DNA of 64,000 bases from Eledone cirrhosa (GCA_964016885.1 OZ024742.1:82088001-82152000), one strand, 5' to 3'. Shown: positions 1 through 17,064, counted from the stretch's first letter. Notes: generated by a model not told the origin, from the sequence alone. Numbers and translations: made by a program.

Positions 1-3000
1 CACCGGTGGTTATATAACCATACATTCGCCAATCCTCGATAAGAGTGTTTAAATGTCGAACCTAAACAGTTCGATTAACGGTGAAATGGAGACTAGAATG
101 TCATGTGACAGACTCTCACCCAACAGGTGCTCCCTTGTACAGAAGCAGGGACCTGGCTGTCAACCAAATACTGCTGGTGTCGGAGGAAGAAGAAGAAGGA
201 AAGGGACCAGAACCAACTGGATGAAAGAATTGAGTAGAACTGATATGCAATGTTACCTGAAGAGTAACCCCAAGGAGAAAGGCTATAGGAAACGGATGCA
301 TAACATCCGGAATGAGATTGGTCTATTTAAATTAGATGAACAAAAATTAGCCGGGCAGGCTCGGGTAATAAGAACTAATGGGTAGATAAGCGATCTGGAA
401 CTGGAGGGACTGAGCAGAGAGATTAACTTGGAGATGGAGAGTGGAGTATGCCAGGCAAACGAGCCAGTGGGAAATGAAGGTGAAAGGGTCGAGAGAACGG
501 AGGAACAACCCGAAGCAGACAATGATCTGAATGCTGAGATAAAAGTACCTGGAACAGAAATACGGCCACTGAGGAGACGAATGCTGACGGGCTAGGACAA
601 GATTTGGTTGATATCCTAAACTTAGTGGGAGATGAATTGAACAATGATAGTGGGAGACCTATGAACCTAAGATTTGTAGACAGGAAAAAGTTAAAAGAAA
701 CAACAGCTAAGGTAAACAAAGTCATCCCATACAGTGAGGCGAGGAGCCTTCACCAGTGCAACAATATCCTCAAAACAACTGCAAATACTGTGAGGAAACT
801 ACTTGCTATAAAAGCGAGAGGAAACAACAGACAAGAAAGAGCAGAGCCTTGGTGGAAGAAACGACTGAGTGGTCAAATCAGGGAAATGAGAAATGACATT
901 GGAAAGCTTGAGTCCCTCCTGATTGGACACTAAAAAAGATAGACACTAAAAATAGACATGAAATAAAGTACAAACGTAGGAGGAAAAAGCTAAATATTAT
1001 CATAGAGGAACTGAAGCAACGCATTGTAGCAAAGAGTGCAAAAATCAGGCGTTACGAGAACAGAGTCAGTATAGACAGAACCGCATGTTCGACAACAACC
1101 AGAAGATGTTGTTTGGACAGCTTGAAGGGAAAGAAAGAGGCAACGACTTGATCCCTGAGGCGGAACAAACTAAAACATTCTGGAGAGGAAGATGGGTGCA
1201 GGATGTTAAAAACAATGACCAGGCAGTGTGGATTGAGACAGTACAGAAGGAGATCAGTGAACAGGCACACCAACAAACTGATTTGAGTATCACAGTTGAA
1301 ACTCTTAAATGGCAGGCCAAAAAACTAACCAGCTGGAAATCACCAGGCCCAGATGGTGTGCAGGGGTATTGGATTAAAAATATAACATCCCTCCACCCGA
1401 AACTGACAACCATGTTCAATGACTGCTTCATGTCAGGTGAGGTACCAGAGTGGTTAACAAAATGTACCACAGTCCTGATAATGAAAGCCCGAATCAAGGG
1501 TAATGATGCTACCAACTATAGACCTATCACATGTCTGTCCGTAATGTGGAAACTGTTGACAAGCATTGTGTCTGAGGAAATCTACCATCACCTCCACACA
1601 AACAACATGTTACCGGACGAACAGAAAGGATGCCGAAAGATGTCACGTGGTACAACGGACCAGTTACTTGTTGATAAGATGGTAATGAGGAATTGCAAGA
1701 GGAGACACACTGGTCTTGCCATGGGATGGATAGACTACAAAGAGGATCACCAAAAGCATGGAGATCTTCAAGGTGGCAGATAACATCAGACAGCTGTTGG
1801 GCAAAAGTATGAAGTCCTGGGAAACAGAGTTAACATCAAATGGAGAATCCTTGGGAAGCGTGAAGTTCAAGAGAGGTATCTTCCAGGGAGATAGTCTGTA
1901 CCCTCTGTTGTTTGTCTTTGCCCTGATGCCCTTGACCAGTGTACTGCGAAAAGTGATAGCAGGATACAAGTTGGGAAAGGGAGAGCTTACCATCAATCAC
2001 CTCCTCTTCATGGACGATCTGAAGCTCGTCGGGAAGAGTGAGAAGGAGTTGGATGTGCTTGTTGACACTGTCCGTATTTTCAGCAATGATATATGTATGC
2101 AATTTGGTATTAGTAAGTGTGTAGTCATTGTGAAGAGAAGGGATAATTTGAGCAGAAGTAACGGAATCCAGATACCAACAGGTGAGATGATAAAGGAAAT
2201 TTACTCTGAGGAGGGATACAAGTATTTGGGCGTTCTGGAGGCTGATGACATCAAGAACAAAAAAATGAAGGAATTGATAATAACTGAATACCTTCGGAGA
2301 GTAAGGAGCGTATTAAAGTCACATCTGAACAGTAGGAATGCCATAAGTGCAGTAAATTCCCGAGCTGTGTCTACAGTGCGGGAATCCAGAGATGGAATGT
2401 TGCTGAACAAAAAGAAATGGATAGGAATACTAGGAAGCTATTGACTATCTACAACATATTCCACAAGAGGAGTGATGTCGATAGAGTCTACTTAAGGAGA
2501 TCTGAGGGTTGAAGAGGTCTTATCAGCATAGAGGACTGTGTTCAGATGGAGAAAAACAACCTACACAAATACGTGACTGATAGTAAGGAGCCAATGCTCA
2601 GAACTGTACTGAAGGAGGGGACAATAGGCCAGGGGATGCCCAAGGAGGAAATAACATCAAGGAAAAAGAGCAGCCTTCATGAAAATCCCTTCATAGTTCC
2701 TTCTTTGAGAGAAATGAATTTAGAGATCCACAGACATGGAACTGGTTGAAAGGAGGAGACCTTAAAAAGGCTACAGAAGGAATGTTAATGGCTGCGCAGG
2801 TGCAGGCCCTCAAAACGAAGTGGTTGAAACACCACATTTACAAGGAGGAAGCTAGCCCACTGTGCAGGGTCTGTGGAGAGAGAGGAGACTGTGGCTCACA
2901 TTGTATCCGAGTGTAAACACCTAGCCCAGACTCACTATAAGGGCTGGAGACATGATGTGATGGGCAGGGTGATCCACTTGCACCTATGCAAAGAAACTCG

Positions 3001-3443
3001 AACACAATAGTCCTGACCTGCTGGTTTTGGACAAGGAAAAAAGATCGTGCCTGATTGTGGATGTGGCCCTCCCATTCGACATGAGAGTGCAAGACAAGGA
3101 GAGGGAGAAAATTCACCGATACCAGGCCTTAAAGTGGGAGGTAAAACGGATTTGGAACTGCCATGAAGTCAAAGTGGTCCCGATTGTCATAGGTCCACTA
3201 GGTACTATCTCAAAAAGTTTCCAGGGATGGTTAAAGAAAATTGGCACCCCCTCCCCCCCGCCGCTTTTTGGAACATTTCAAAAGGCATGCTTGCTGGGAA
3301 CAGCAAGAACCCTCCGATACTTCCTGAATATCTGAGGCTGCTGGTAGTGGCTTGATATTCATTTCAACAAACATTCCTGTTAACTAACATCAATGAGTCA
3401 GACTCAAAGAACAATAATAATAATAATAATGTAATAATAATAA
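1..3443 (+). mobile_element. R4/Dong-clade non-LTR retrotransposon (RT + CCHC + restriction-like endonuclease), decayed, with (TAA)n tail
   Basis: Frameshifted ORF pieces 53-3335. RT motifs: KSPGPDG, NYRPITCL, RGIFQGDSLYPLLF, HLLFMDDLKL, YKYLGVLE. Then a CRVCGE..HIVSEC zinc motif and the RLE domain PDL..DKEKRSCLIVDVALPFD..EK. Short 3' UTR followed by (TAA)n at 3413-3443. Confidence 0.93.
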
Positions 3444-3522
3444 ATTTGAAGACTAAAATCCAAAGAGGGCTCGATAAGGATGAATATTTATCAAATATAT
3501 TAGAACCCTAGAGCAAATATTT

Positions 3523-4072
3523 ATTAAAATAACAGATTAAAGTTTAAGCAAATAATCACTGCTTTCACTCTTAACGGGATCTTCTGAAACTAAAAAAATC
3601 AATCTGTGAACGCAGAAGTAAATATTTCGAAAAACGTTGCAACCGAAGGAAAACAGGAAGACGACACTTTGGTTCGTGGAGACGATCCTTGGCAATGAAC
3701 GAAAGAAAACGAAGATAATATGTCATTATGTGGAGCGGTGAGAACAATTACACGCAAAGACGAAACCACGTTTATGGAATAAATGTAGTCGTAGACTACG
3801 ACTTGCTTTATACCATAAATGTGGTTTTGTCTTTGCGTGATAATTGTTCTCCTGCCCCACATAATGACGTATTATCTTCCTTTTTTTCCGTTCATTGCCA
3901 ATGAACGTCTCTATGAACGAAAGTATCGTCTACCTATTTTCTTCTGGTTGCAACGTTTTTCGAAATATTTCCTTCTGCATTCACATGTTAATTGATTTTT
4001 TTAGTTTCAGAAGATCCCGTTAAGGGTGAAATCAGTGATTCTTTGCTTAAACTTTAATCTGTTATTTTAATT
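3523..4072. repeat. ~550 bp imperfect palindrome, probable PLE pseudo-LTR fold-back
   Basis: Arms are reverse complements around the centre gtcgtagactacgac (~3795). Right end abuts (TAAA)n(AT)n. Hammerhead-like CAGAAGA-TCCC..GGGT-GAAA near the outer end of each arm. Confidence 0.8.
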
Positions 4073-4090
4073 AATAAATAAATAAATAAA

Positions 4091-4172
<82 letters not shown>

Positions 4173-4658
4173 AATGTATTACACTATTGCTCGATACGTT
4201 TAAATTAGGATTTAAATGTTTACAATTATTTTCTTCAGGCCGTATGACAAATATAAACCAATGTGTTAAACGCAAGTATTAAAATTATCTGCCATTAACT
4301 GTGAACATACAATTGATCCATTATTTATGGTCAATTACAGACCTGCGTCTACTAACCTCTGTTTTTTTCACTGAGGTTCGAAGCTTTTTGCACTTGTATC
4401 ACAATTCAAAACCTGTTCCCAAACAGACCTATTATATTGAATCCTTGTTTTTTTCAATAAACAAATATCATTATTTCTGAAGACAGCATATATATGTGTA
4501 GGTATGTATATTCCCTCTGATAGTTTGTATAAATATTGTACATAGATCTATAGAATATGCATACAACTCTAACACATATATATCCTAGAAACGATCGTAA
4601 AATGATGAATTTTTTTAAATATAAGGAACTGTTTCTTTGTTTATTCATTATTTTATTA

Positions 4659-4704
<46 letters not shown>

Positions 4705-4708
<4 letters not shown>

Positions 4709-5520
4709 AATAATAAAATATGAATTCCTACGTGTAAAAAATACATATAGGAAAACAAGTATTATCCAACCGTACGCTAATGTGGTTCTATGGCGGGTTA
4801 ATAAATTAACAACCCAGAACATATAAAATCAAGGTCTAGCAAATAGAGAAAAAGTTTTTAAATAATTTTTTTTTAAATCGCTGTATATACCTTTAGAGGG
4901 CGAAGAACCATTTTAAGATTGCTCCCTTCTCAAAGGAAATCCACTTGGATTTTCCGTTTATTCTGAAGCATGAAACGGTAAAGGCACATATAGTAAGTAC
5001 AACGATTTTTTTCTAAATGCATTTTAAAACTTTTTCTCTATTTGCTAGACCTTGATGTTATATGTTCTGGCTTGTTAATTTAATAACCCGCCATAGAACC
5101 ACATTGGCGTACGGTTGGATAATACTTGTTTCCCTATATGTATCTTTTACACGTAGGAATTCATACTTCATTATTATTGATCTCCCCGTTTGGACTGCTG
5201 CTATTTCTAGTGGCGGGACATTCACCTGTCCACCCTGCGTTTTGTCTTTGCACACGGCACCAGGCAGAATTATTTCTTTCATCATCCGCTCTCATTTGGG
5301 AATGGTTTTGTATGGCGTAAGTTTGTGATTTGAACTCGGGAATGTTATATTCTCTGAGGGAGAAGAGCCTTCTGAAGATTGCTCCCTTCTCAATGGAAAT
5401 CTGCTTTGATTTTCCGTTTATTCTGGAGCATAAAACCGCGCTAAAGGCAGATATAGTAAGTACAGCGAATTTTTTAAAAATTTATGTTAAAACCTTTTCT
5501 TTATTTGCTAGACCATGATT
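4705..5520 (+). mobile_element. ORF-less PLE-type pseudo-LTR cluster (inverted plus tandem copies) between (AT)n tracts
   Basis: 4705-4865 is inverted relative to 5020-5178, and 4912-5056 is directly repeated at 5372-5520. A related copy lies at 40505-40775. Confidence 0.75.
5367..5448 (+). ncRNA. Type I hammerhead ribozyme motif (mutated copy; partner copy 4907-4985)
   Basis: GCCTT-CTGAAGA-TTGCTCC-(long loop)-GGAGCAT-AAAA-CCGCGC-TA-AAGGC. The partner copy keeps GAAA-CGG-TA-AAGGC but has lost the CTGA core. Confidence 0.7.
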
Positions 5521-5857
5521 TTTATATATATATGCAAATATATATATGTATATATATATCAATGGCTCATTCGCAGATTTACATTTGATGTGTAAACAAG
5601 ATCGTTAAATCTTCCCCCTTGCTGAAGATCCAAGATTTGACTAATGTGACTTTACGGATTAACGGTGAAATATATTTATTTAATGAAATATATAAAAGGA
5701 GGATTAATAATTTTTTTAAAAAGGTAATATTTGAAGCTCTAGTTAAACTCTAATTAGTTACCGACATAACTATATGTAATTACACACTTTACAAATTATC
5801 CCCTATGATGTTTTCATGTGTTTATTTTAAATATATATATGTCAATCAATTTCTAGT

Positions 5858-5947
<90 letters not shown>

Positions 5948-5987
5948 AGATAAATATACACGGGTGTGTATGATTGTGTATAGAAGA

Positions 5988-6346
5988 TTATATTAATAAA
6001 AGGAATTCCAACTTTGTCTGTTTACTCGTTTTATTTACAATCTTTTAAAATTTATAATGGTATTAGAATGAAATAGTATGGTAGAATGTTAAGTGTTAAT
6101 TGAACACATACCCTCATGCTTTCGCAATCTTCGGCATCATATCATTTTCAGTTGAAAATTGCAAACTTGACTGTCACCACACAATATGAACCTGAAGATT
6201 GCGAAAGCATGAAAGTACTTGTGCAATTAACACTTAACATTTAATATTCTACCATACTATTTCACTCTAATACCATTATAAAGTTTAAAGGATTGTAAAT
6301 AAAACGAGTAAATCAGACAAAGTTGGAATTCCTTTTATTAATATAT
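5988..6346. repeat. ~360 bp fold-back element with hammerhead motif
   Basis: Arms 5988-6150 and 6184-6346 are reverse complements, with (AT)n on both flanks. Confidence 0.85.
6187..6225 (+). ncRNA. Minimal type I hammerhead ribozyme motif
   Basis: TGAAC-CTGAAGA-TTGC-GAAA-GCAT-GAAA-GTAC-TT-GTGCA. The other arm gives GTTCA, which restores stem I. Stem III is the palindrome AGTACT. Confidence 0.75.
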
Positions 6347-6399
6347 ATGTATATATATATGTATATATATATATATATATATATCAACACACACATAAC

Positions 6400-7700
6400 T
6401 ACAGCCATCTGAACCTACCATCCTGAATTATTTCAAGCAAAGTTTCACCATAATGATTAATTATTTATACGAATATATGCATATGTAATTTCATGCGTTC
6501 CTCCCAAAAATATTCTTGCTCACACAAGTCACCTTATTTCGTCAAAAGCATATTTTCAACTATATGAGTATTAACCCTGCATGTCTTAAACTTTCAAAGT
6601 CTTTACTGCCACTTCTGCGATCCGTCATGACTACTTGTACGCAAGTGGGAGACGCAGAAAGTATTTCTTAGCCAATAGCTGTAGGCCTTTTTCTTTTCTA
6701 GGATGACATATTTGAATACCTTATTGAACCAAGCGGTCCTCCTATCATCCAGCCGGTCCCCAAGCCTCTTTCCCCCTCAGTATGTAATAGCTGTATCAGA
6801 AACTACTGACGTGATCAATCTCTATGCTGTTTCAACGTCTGCTGTTTGCTCAGGGTGAGATCTGAATTTTGATGCAAAAATATCTCCATACCTAGTCCCT
6901 GTTTCCTTATCCATCAACGCTTCTTTTATTATCCCGTAGCTGGCAAAGGACCTGCCAATTTTGTGAACTTTTTGACTTCAGGTAATCACATGTTGCAGAT
7001 ATTTGGATAGCAGTCATTTGAAAGTTCAGTCCCTTTATTAAACCACACATCGAGTAAAACATCAACGGGATTAGGAGAATAGCAAAATCAAGTATTTATT
7101 GCAATCTATGTTTCCTCTTATACGATGTGTATTTATGTGTCTCTAGTATTCATACAAACTACATTGTTAGAACAGATGTGTAATATGTCCTCTCAATTTG
7201 AATTTAGATCAGGATCATTGTTCCTCCTAATCTCTCCTTTCCATATCATGTGATCTGCGCCAACATGTGTATTAAAGTAATACATCTAACGCTGTCGTGA
7301 ATCCGTCAAGGAAGGATCTGTATTCAGACTCATTGGTTGGTTAGTTCGTTGGTGTATACACGTGCAACTCCCACAGAGACCTATCTTCCAGCCTAAACTG
7401 CAAGGGGCAAATCCTCTCTCCTAACTGTCATTTCTGGCTTCAAACTTGAATAGTAGCTTTTCCGTTTCCCATGCTATTCTGTAGTATGTGAGCCACGGAA
7501 CTTTGTTGAGTAAACTCCGAGTATATGTAGCCGGTAACATCTACCACTTTCCACAAGTTTCTGCTCCTTAACAGTAATGGGTGTAAGGTTCCAGTTTCCA
7601 ATTTGCAAGGTTTTCTCGAACCCTTTTTGGTATCTCCAAATATACATTATGTGAACATCCATCTCACGCCTCCCAGAACATATTGCAGGCAATTTATATT
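6400..7700 (-). mobile_element. Old RTE-clade (Expander/Rex3-like) LINE fragment, APE endonuclease region
   Basis: LQIGNWNLTPITVKEQKLVESGRCYRLHILGVYSTKFRGS resembles the APE N-terminus of RTE elements. Downstream sequence is heavily decayed. Confidence 0.65.
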
Positions 7701-7957
7701 ATCTAAAAGATTTGTTTATTTATATCTAAATCCGAAATTACCTGCTCTTAAATAACTCTCGCATTTTTTCAATAAACCTCCAATCAACCTGTTATGGTAA
7801 CCATTTATATTCTATATAACAGGTTGAATGGGTTGGGGCTTATAACGCAAAGAAACATATGTACCTATGTATGTCACTGCTGTAAATAATTCTACGGAAC
7901 TCGTCCTATGGAGTGAATGTTCTTACCTATTGTATTTCTACCAAACGTATACTACAG

Positions 7958-8110
<153 letters not shown>

Positions 8111-8848
8111 ATATGCAAAAAGGAAAAAGAAATAACAAAGCAACCGACACAATACAAGGGGCAAATATATAGTAAGTTGTCTTGTCGATATGGTAGGGAA
8201 ACTGTCTGAACGAACAGGACGCAGGTGCGTCAGCACAATGTGGAATGAGAATTCCTCCCCAAAATTTAAAGATTGCGGAGAGTGGGCAGTTCGCAAAAAC
8301 TGTAAGAACAGATCCTCTCAAGACATCACCGTTTAAAACACTATTGATTCTGGCGTTCTTGTATAATTTGATCTCATTTTCAAAGGCATTGATCCAAAAC
8401 GTCTGGCTGAAAAGGTAATAAATTATTTTGTATATAGAATGTGTCCGTGTCTATGTACTTCTCTTCTTATTTCGCCGCACAAATCGAAGAGTATCAGTAT
8501 GCATATATATAAGTTTATGATTGTGTGTATATGCAAGCGTTTCTTTTGGTTTTATTTTATTTTATTTTTTGTAAGTATGAAGCTGTGAGCATATGTCAGT
8601 GTATATGGGTTTATATGAGTGTGTGTGTTTTAGATATTGGTCTGTGCGAATGTTCGTTGGTTTGTACAAGCTTCAAGAATGTGTCTAGTGCCATAGGAAG
8701 GAACATAGGGTTTGAATCTGAGCACAAGAGTATGACAGCGCAGTTGGTAGGTGTGAACATGAGTAGGGGTATGAAGGTAAGGCCGAGCTAAATGTGTAAG
8801 CTTAAAAACTTTGCGGTGGGGAGTTTATATATATATATATATATGTAT

Positions 8849-9552
8849 ATATTTTATCAAATGATTCTATGGACATAATTTATGATATATTGCCCTGATT
8901 ATTTAATTTATTAATTCTTCATTGAGCGACATCGTGAACGGTTGCCACATATATAGCTGTCACTTTGTGTATATGTAAATCTTTATATTTAATAATCTCC
9001 CATTCGGTTGAGATGCAATTTGGGCGATATTGGACTGCGCTTTCTAGCATCTAGCCTACTCGCCGTAAGCAACTAATCACATTCTTTCTAACCTGACCAC
9101 TGCCACGTCACGATTCTTAGCATTTTTTAAATCTATTTCTGGCGGGGATCGCTTTGGGAATTTAACTGTCCTATTGAATTTGTCTCCTAATGAGTTCGAT
9201 ACTCGTGATTTATTCTTAATAGGATAGCTCAAAATACGAACGAAACCATGGTAGGGACGTAATCACTGTAATAATGTACGCATTTCTTTTAACTTTAAAT
9301 GTATACCTAATTGAGTATGGTAGACGGTGTATTTAGTCAATGTCTATATGCTGTTGAAATGTTGGGTAAATATTCTATTGCGGTCAGCCGCGAAGAGCCG
9401 CTTTCGTTTATTTATCAAATGTTTCTTCATAGGAGCCTTTATTCCTATAGCCTGGTCTAATTGATTTTTTTATGTGGTTAATTATGCTAATTGGGAGAGG
9501 AAATGGCGTATATATTTTATCAAATGATTCTATGGACATAATTTATGATATA
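8849..9552 (-). mobile_element. ~700 bp element bounded by 42-bp direct repeats, with decayed hammerhead (probable PLE pLTR)
   Basis: atattttatcaaatgattctatggacataatttatgatatat occurs at 8849 and 9511. Minus strand 9375-9432 reads CTA-TGAAGA...GAAA-GCGG..CCGC-AA-TAG. Confidence 0.5.
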
Positions 9553-9674
9553 TATATATATATATATATTGTGTGTGGGTGAGGGGAGCGTGATGGGTGT
9601 ACATCATAAGTATCCACTGTCCTTGTGGACGCACTCATACATTCACAAATACAGACAATATATATATATGTGTG

Positions 9675-9750
<76 letters not shown>

Positions 9751-10302
9751 CAGATGTCTATATGTATAGATAAGCATGCAGATGTTTGGAGTGTGGAATG
9801 GAGAACAAGTATACATATTCATGTACATTGATATGAAAAGAAAATCAACTTGTAGATGAATATGTGCTAATGTTTTACAAACTTTGATGTTTGTTTATTT
9901 CACTTCGTCGATATTACATACTTTGATATAGTTGTTAAACCAAGATTACATACTACACTTTAATTTTCAATATCAAAGATAGAAATAAAAAACTGAAAAA
10001 TATAATGAAACATAAAATTCAGCACCGCACTTATGAACATGAAAAATCAGCGTTTTAAACACTTTGATGGTCATGCCGATGCTTGAAAAATCTGTTTTTT
10101 TCCTCGATGTGATATATATGATTTCATGATCTGTGTGATATATATGATTCTCAAGATCTCTGACAGAAATACTAATAGGATTCCTGTCTGTACAATATGG
10201 TTTATACTAAAATATTTTATATCATTTCGCAATATATTGGTTTTGGGCGCATTTTATATGATTGGTATCTACCTTACTGCAGCTACAAATTCGATCTACA
10301 CC

Positions 10303-10402
<100 letters not shown>

Positions 10403-10423
10403 AATACATACATTTATATAAGA

Positions 10424-10473
10424 GCTTTGACGAGATACATACAGCTATCCGGTTATCGAAACAACCAGACAGC
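10424..10473 (+). ncRNA. Degenerate hammerhead-like motif between (AT)n tracts
   Basis: GCT-TTGACGA-GATA..TATC-GAAA-C..G-AC-AGC, with two core substitutions. Confidence 0.4.
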
Positions 10474-10545
10474 CAACCAATTAACCAACCCGAAATTTAC
10501 ATGTATATATATACATATATATATATATACATATATATATATAAG

Positions 10546-10589
<44 letters not shown>

Positions 10590-10593
<4 letters not shown>

Positions 10594-10803
10594 AAAAAGT
10601 ATGACCCCGACGGCAGAGCTGAAGCCGTTTCGACGGCCATTTCTGGACTCAGAAATAGCCGTCGAAACGGCTTCAGCTCTGCTGTCGGGGTCATATTTTT
10701 CCTATTTCCCACTCTACTACCCTAAGTATTGAGTACTCTGGTGCGTTATGGTCCATCTGGTTCCTTACCACAATTCCTTTGTTATGTATATATATATATA
10801 TAC

Positions 10804-10876
<73 letters not shown>

Positions 10877-11128
10877 CAAATATATATACATACACACACA
10901 CTCATACATACATATATATATATATATCTTTAGGTTTGTTGGTTCACCCGGTCATTGGAATGATCATCGTATATAAACCTTTCAAGGATCTACACCAGTC
11001 CAACCTCCTGTTATTTCATTTATATATATATATATGAACAAAGAAAGTGTGGTAAGACACCTCGTGGACCATAACGCACCAGAGTACTCGATACCTCGGT
11101 GAGTAGAATGCGTAATAGGAAAAGAGTC

Positions 11129-11130
<2 letters not shown>
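10590..11130. mobile_element. PLE pLTR fragments: hairpin 10590-10705, tail to 10783, inverted tail copy 11037-11130
   Basis: Near-perfect palindrome centred at ttctggactcagaa. It contains the 3' half of a hammerhead (GAAA-CGGC..GCTG-TC-GGGG). Same family at 25180-25315. Confidence 0.7.
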
Positions 11131-11227
<97 letters not shown>

Positions 11228-11239
11228 GAGTTTATGTTG

Positions 11240-14683
<3,444 letters not shown>

Positions 14684-15659
14684 CAGTAGATTCTGTTGCG
14701 ATCGGGTTTAAGATATAAACAATGTATTCTCTCCTACTAGCGAGAATTCACCTCTCGAGGGGGTAAACCTCCAGACGTGTTCCTCATAGTAGGTATGGAG
14801 AAGGACTACTTATTACGAAATCCCCGTATATGTTTACCAGCAAATTTTAACTGCTGATCTGAAAAATGATTCCAGCTTAACTACAAACTCCTTCCATGTT
14901 ATAAACGGGAGTATATGAGTTTTGGACGGAGATAGTAGGCCTTACTTAGAGAAGGTATTTTCTGGCTGACACATGTGCGTCGGAAAGCATGGATCTCTGG
15001 AAAGGTACATAACCAATAGCAATCGGGAGTGATAATCCCAAGACAAGAGATATTGCGCCAATTATTGAAGGATATACTTGTTACAACGGCCCGTTAAAAA
15101 TTTTAAGTTTGTGGCAATTATCGTCGGGTTTTTTTTCTGCTTACCTTACATATATTACTGACCAGATGTCGACACTATCGATTCTATTTAAAAAATAAAG
15201 TGAAAATTAACTTGCTCCACTATTAACTAAAAAAAAGATTTGAACGAGGATTATTTAATTACTTCATAGGCTAACATCTAATATTTGCATATCGAACAAT
15301 GAAGAAGTAGAAGAAGAAGAAGAAGAAGAAGAAGAAGAAGATTACAAATGTGTTCTACTAACTCTGTCATCCATCAACATCGCCTCTATTATATAATTCA
15401 AATACAGTAATGAAGCTGCCAATCTAATAGACCGGTTTACTGGCATGATTAGTTGAATGTCGAATAAAAATTAATTACAGTCGAAATATCAGTCTCTCCT
15501 TAATCGGTTCCACAAACTCTTTAAAAACAAATGTGTGAGACGGTACCACATCCTCATTCAGACTATTTTCAAAAGAAAAATGTAGAAATTGAAGCATAGA
15601 TGTTATCAGTATCAATTTTGGTTTCTAATTTAGTAACGAGGCCAACAAATTTAAAGGTG

Positions 15660-15800
15660 ACAAAATTCGATTTTATCGACTCTAGTTCGTTGCTGATGCT
15701 TTATATTATGGATCCCGCAATTATGAATGTCAAACCTAACCTTCGCGGTATTTGAACTCAGAACGTAAAGCCACATAACGTTATGGTGCAAGCGCGATAT
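15660..15800 (-). mobile_element. tRNA-derived SINE remnant (octopus-type, Meta-like central domain)
   Basis: Reverse strand has the B-box gttctgagttcaaat followed by a diverged central domain shared with the copies at 24.5, 32.0 and 55.4 kb. Confidence 0.6.
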
Positions 15801-16160
15801 CCGACTCTTTACGAATACTACCATTCTTCCCTCTTGTAAATATGAATAAAGCACCAGACTATCAGTTTGAATGGAAAGGAAAGTCAATTAAATCTAACTT
15901 TATTTCATGTAGAGTGTGTTATATATTCATAAGCAAAAATATGAAATCTATAGTTGACCTCGGCAGGAATTGAACACATAGAGGGATGAATTATCATCCC
16001 ATATAAATAGTGCTGTTATTGCATAGCATAGTAATCTGGCACTAGGCCAAGATATTTATTGCGGGGGAATCCTCGGTGCCTGAGATGACATCGCATTTGT
16101 ATACGATGTCATTTGTGAGGCATTTGTTTTCATATGTATGTGTATGTATGTATGTGTGTA

Positions 16161-16211
<51 letters not shown>

Positions 16212-16416
16212 AAGTGTGTGTATATGTGTCTGTGTATGTGTATGTATATATGTCTATATGTATTTGTGTGTATACGTATACACATGTATATTTGTGTTTG
16301 TATGTATGCGTGTGAGTGTATTTATTTGTGTATATATGTGTGTGTGTGTGTATGTATGTGTATGTGTGTGTGTATGTGTGTATATATATATGTGTGTGTG
16401 TATATATGTGTATATA

Positions 16417-16457
<41 letters not shown>

Positions 16458-17064
16458 GTATGTATGTATGTATGTGTGTATGTATGTGTGTGTACATGAA
16501 TATATATTTTTATATATGTGTGTGTGTTTTTATGTGTGTATATGTGTTTGTGTGTGTGTTTATGGTTGAGCGTAAGTGTGTGAGTGAGTATGTGGTTTTT
16601 TGTTTTTTTGTGAATGTGTCTGTTGATTTTTGGCATATAGTTGATTAGTTTAAGAGAAGTTCCAAGATAATAGTAAGATATGCACTCAGTATTTTGAATC
16701 TGTCTGCAGAATTCTCTAGACCTTTGTCACTTAGTAGAACCTTAATGACTTTAGCTTTTAAAGAATCTCCCTTTTCTTTAATTCTATCGACCATGACTGA
16801 CCCCCCACTGATTTTATAGACACCTGTTAGCTTAAGAGAAACTTAATGACAAGGAATGGTATGCCATCCGGAACCTGTTTATAGAATTCTGTCTGCCCTT
16901 GTTACTCTAAAAACATAAATAAATAAAAATAAACTATAGCTTTGTAGAATTAACTTTTAATGAATTCCCTTTTCTATCAACCAATGACCTGCACCCATCC
17001 CACTCCCCACCCTCTCCTACCACTTGTAGAGACCTATAAATACCATATTTATTTTTTGATACCC

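Noticed and set aside
5622-5675. CTGAAGATCC...GGTGAAA motif
   Set aside because: Core strings are present but the stems cannot be assigned with confidence; not counted.
8170-8420. Possible host exon ending in a GT donor (aag/gtaata)
   Set aside because: Stops in two frames, no recognisable domain and no partner exons.
14685-15100. GC-richer block after (GT)n, possibly a retroelement 5' UTR
   Set aside because: No second copy or diagnostic motif in the window; left unclassified.
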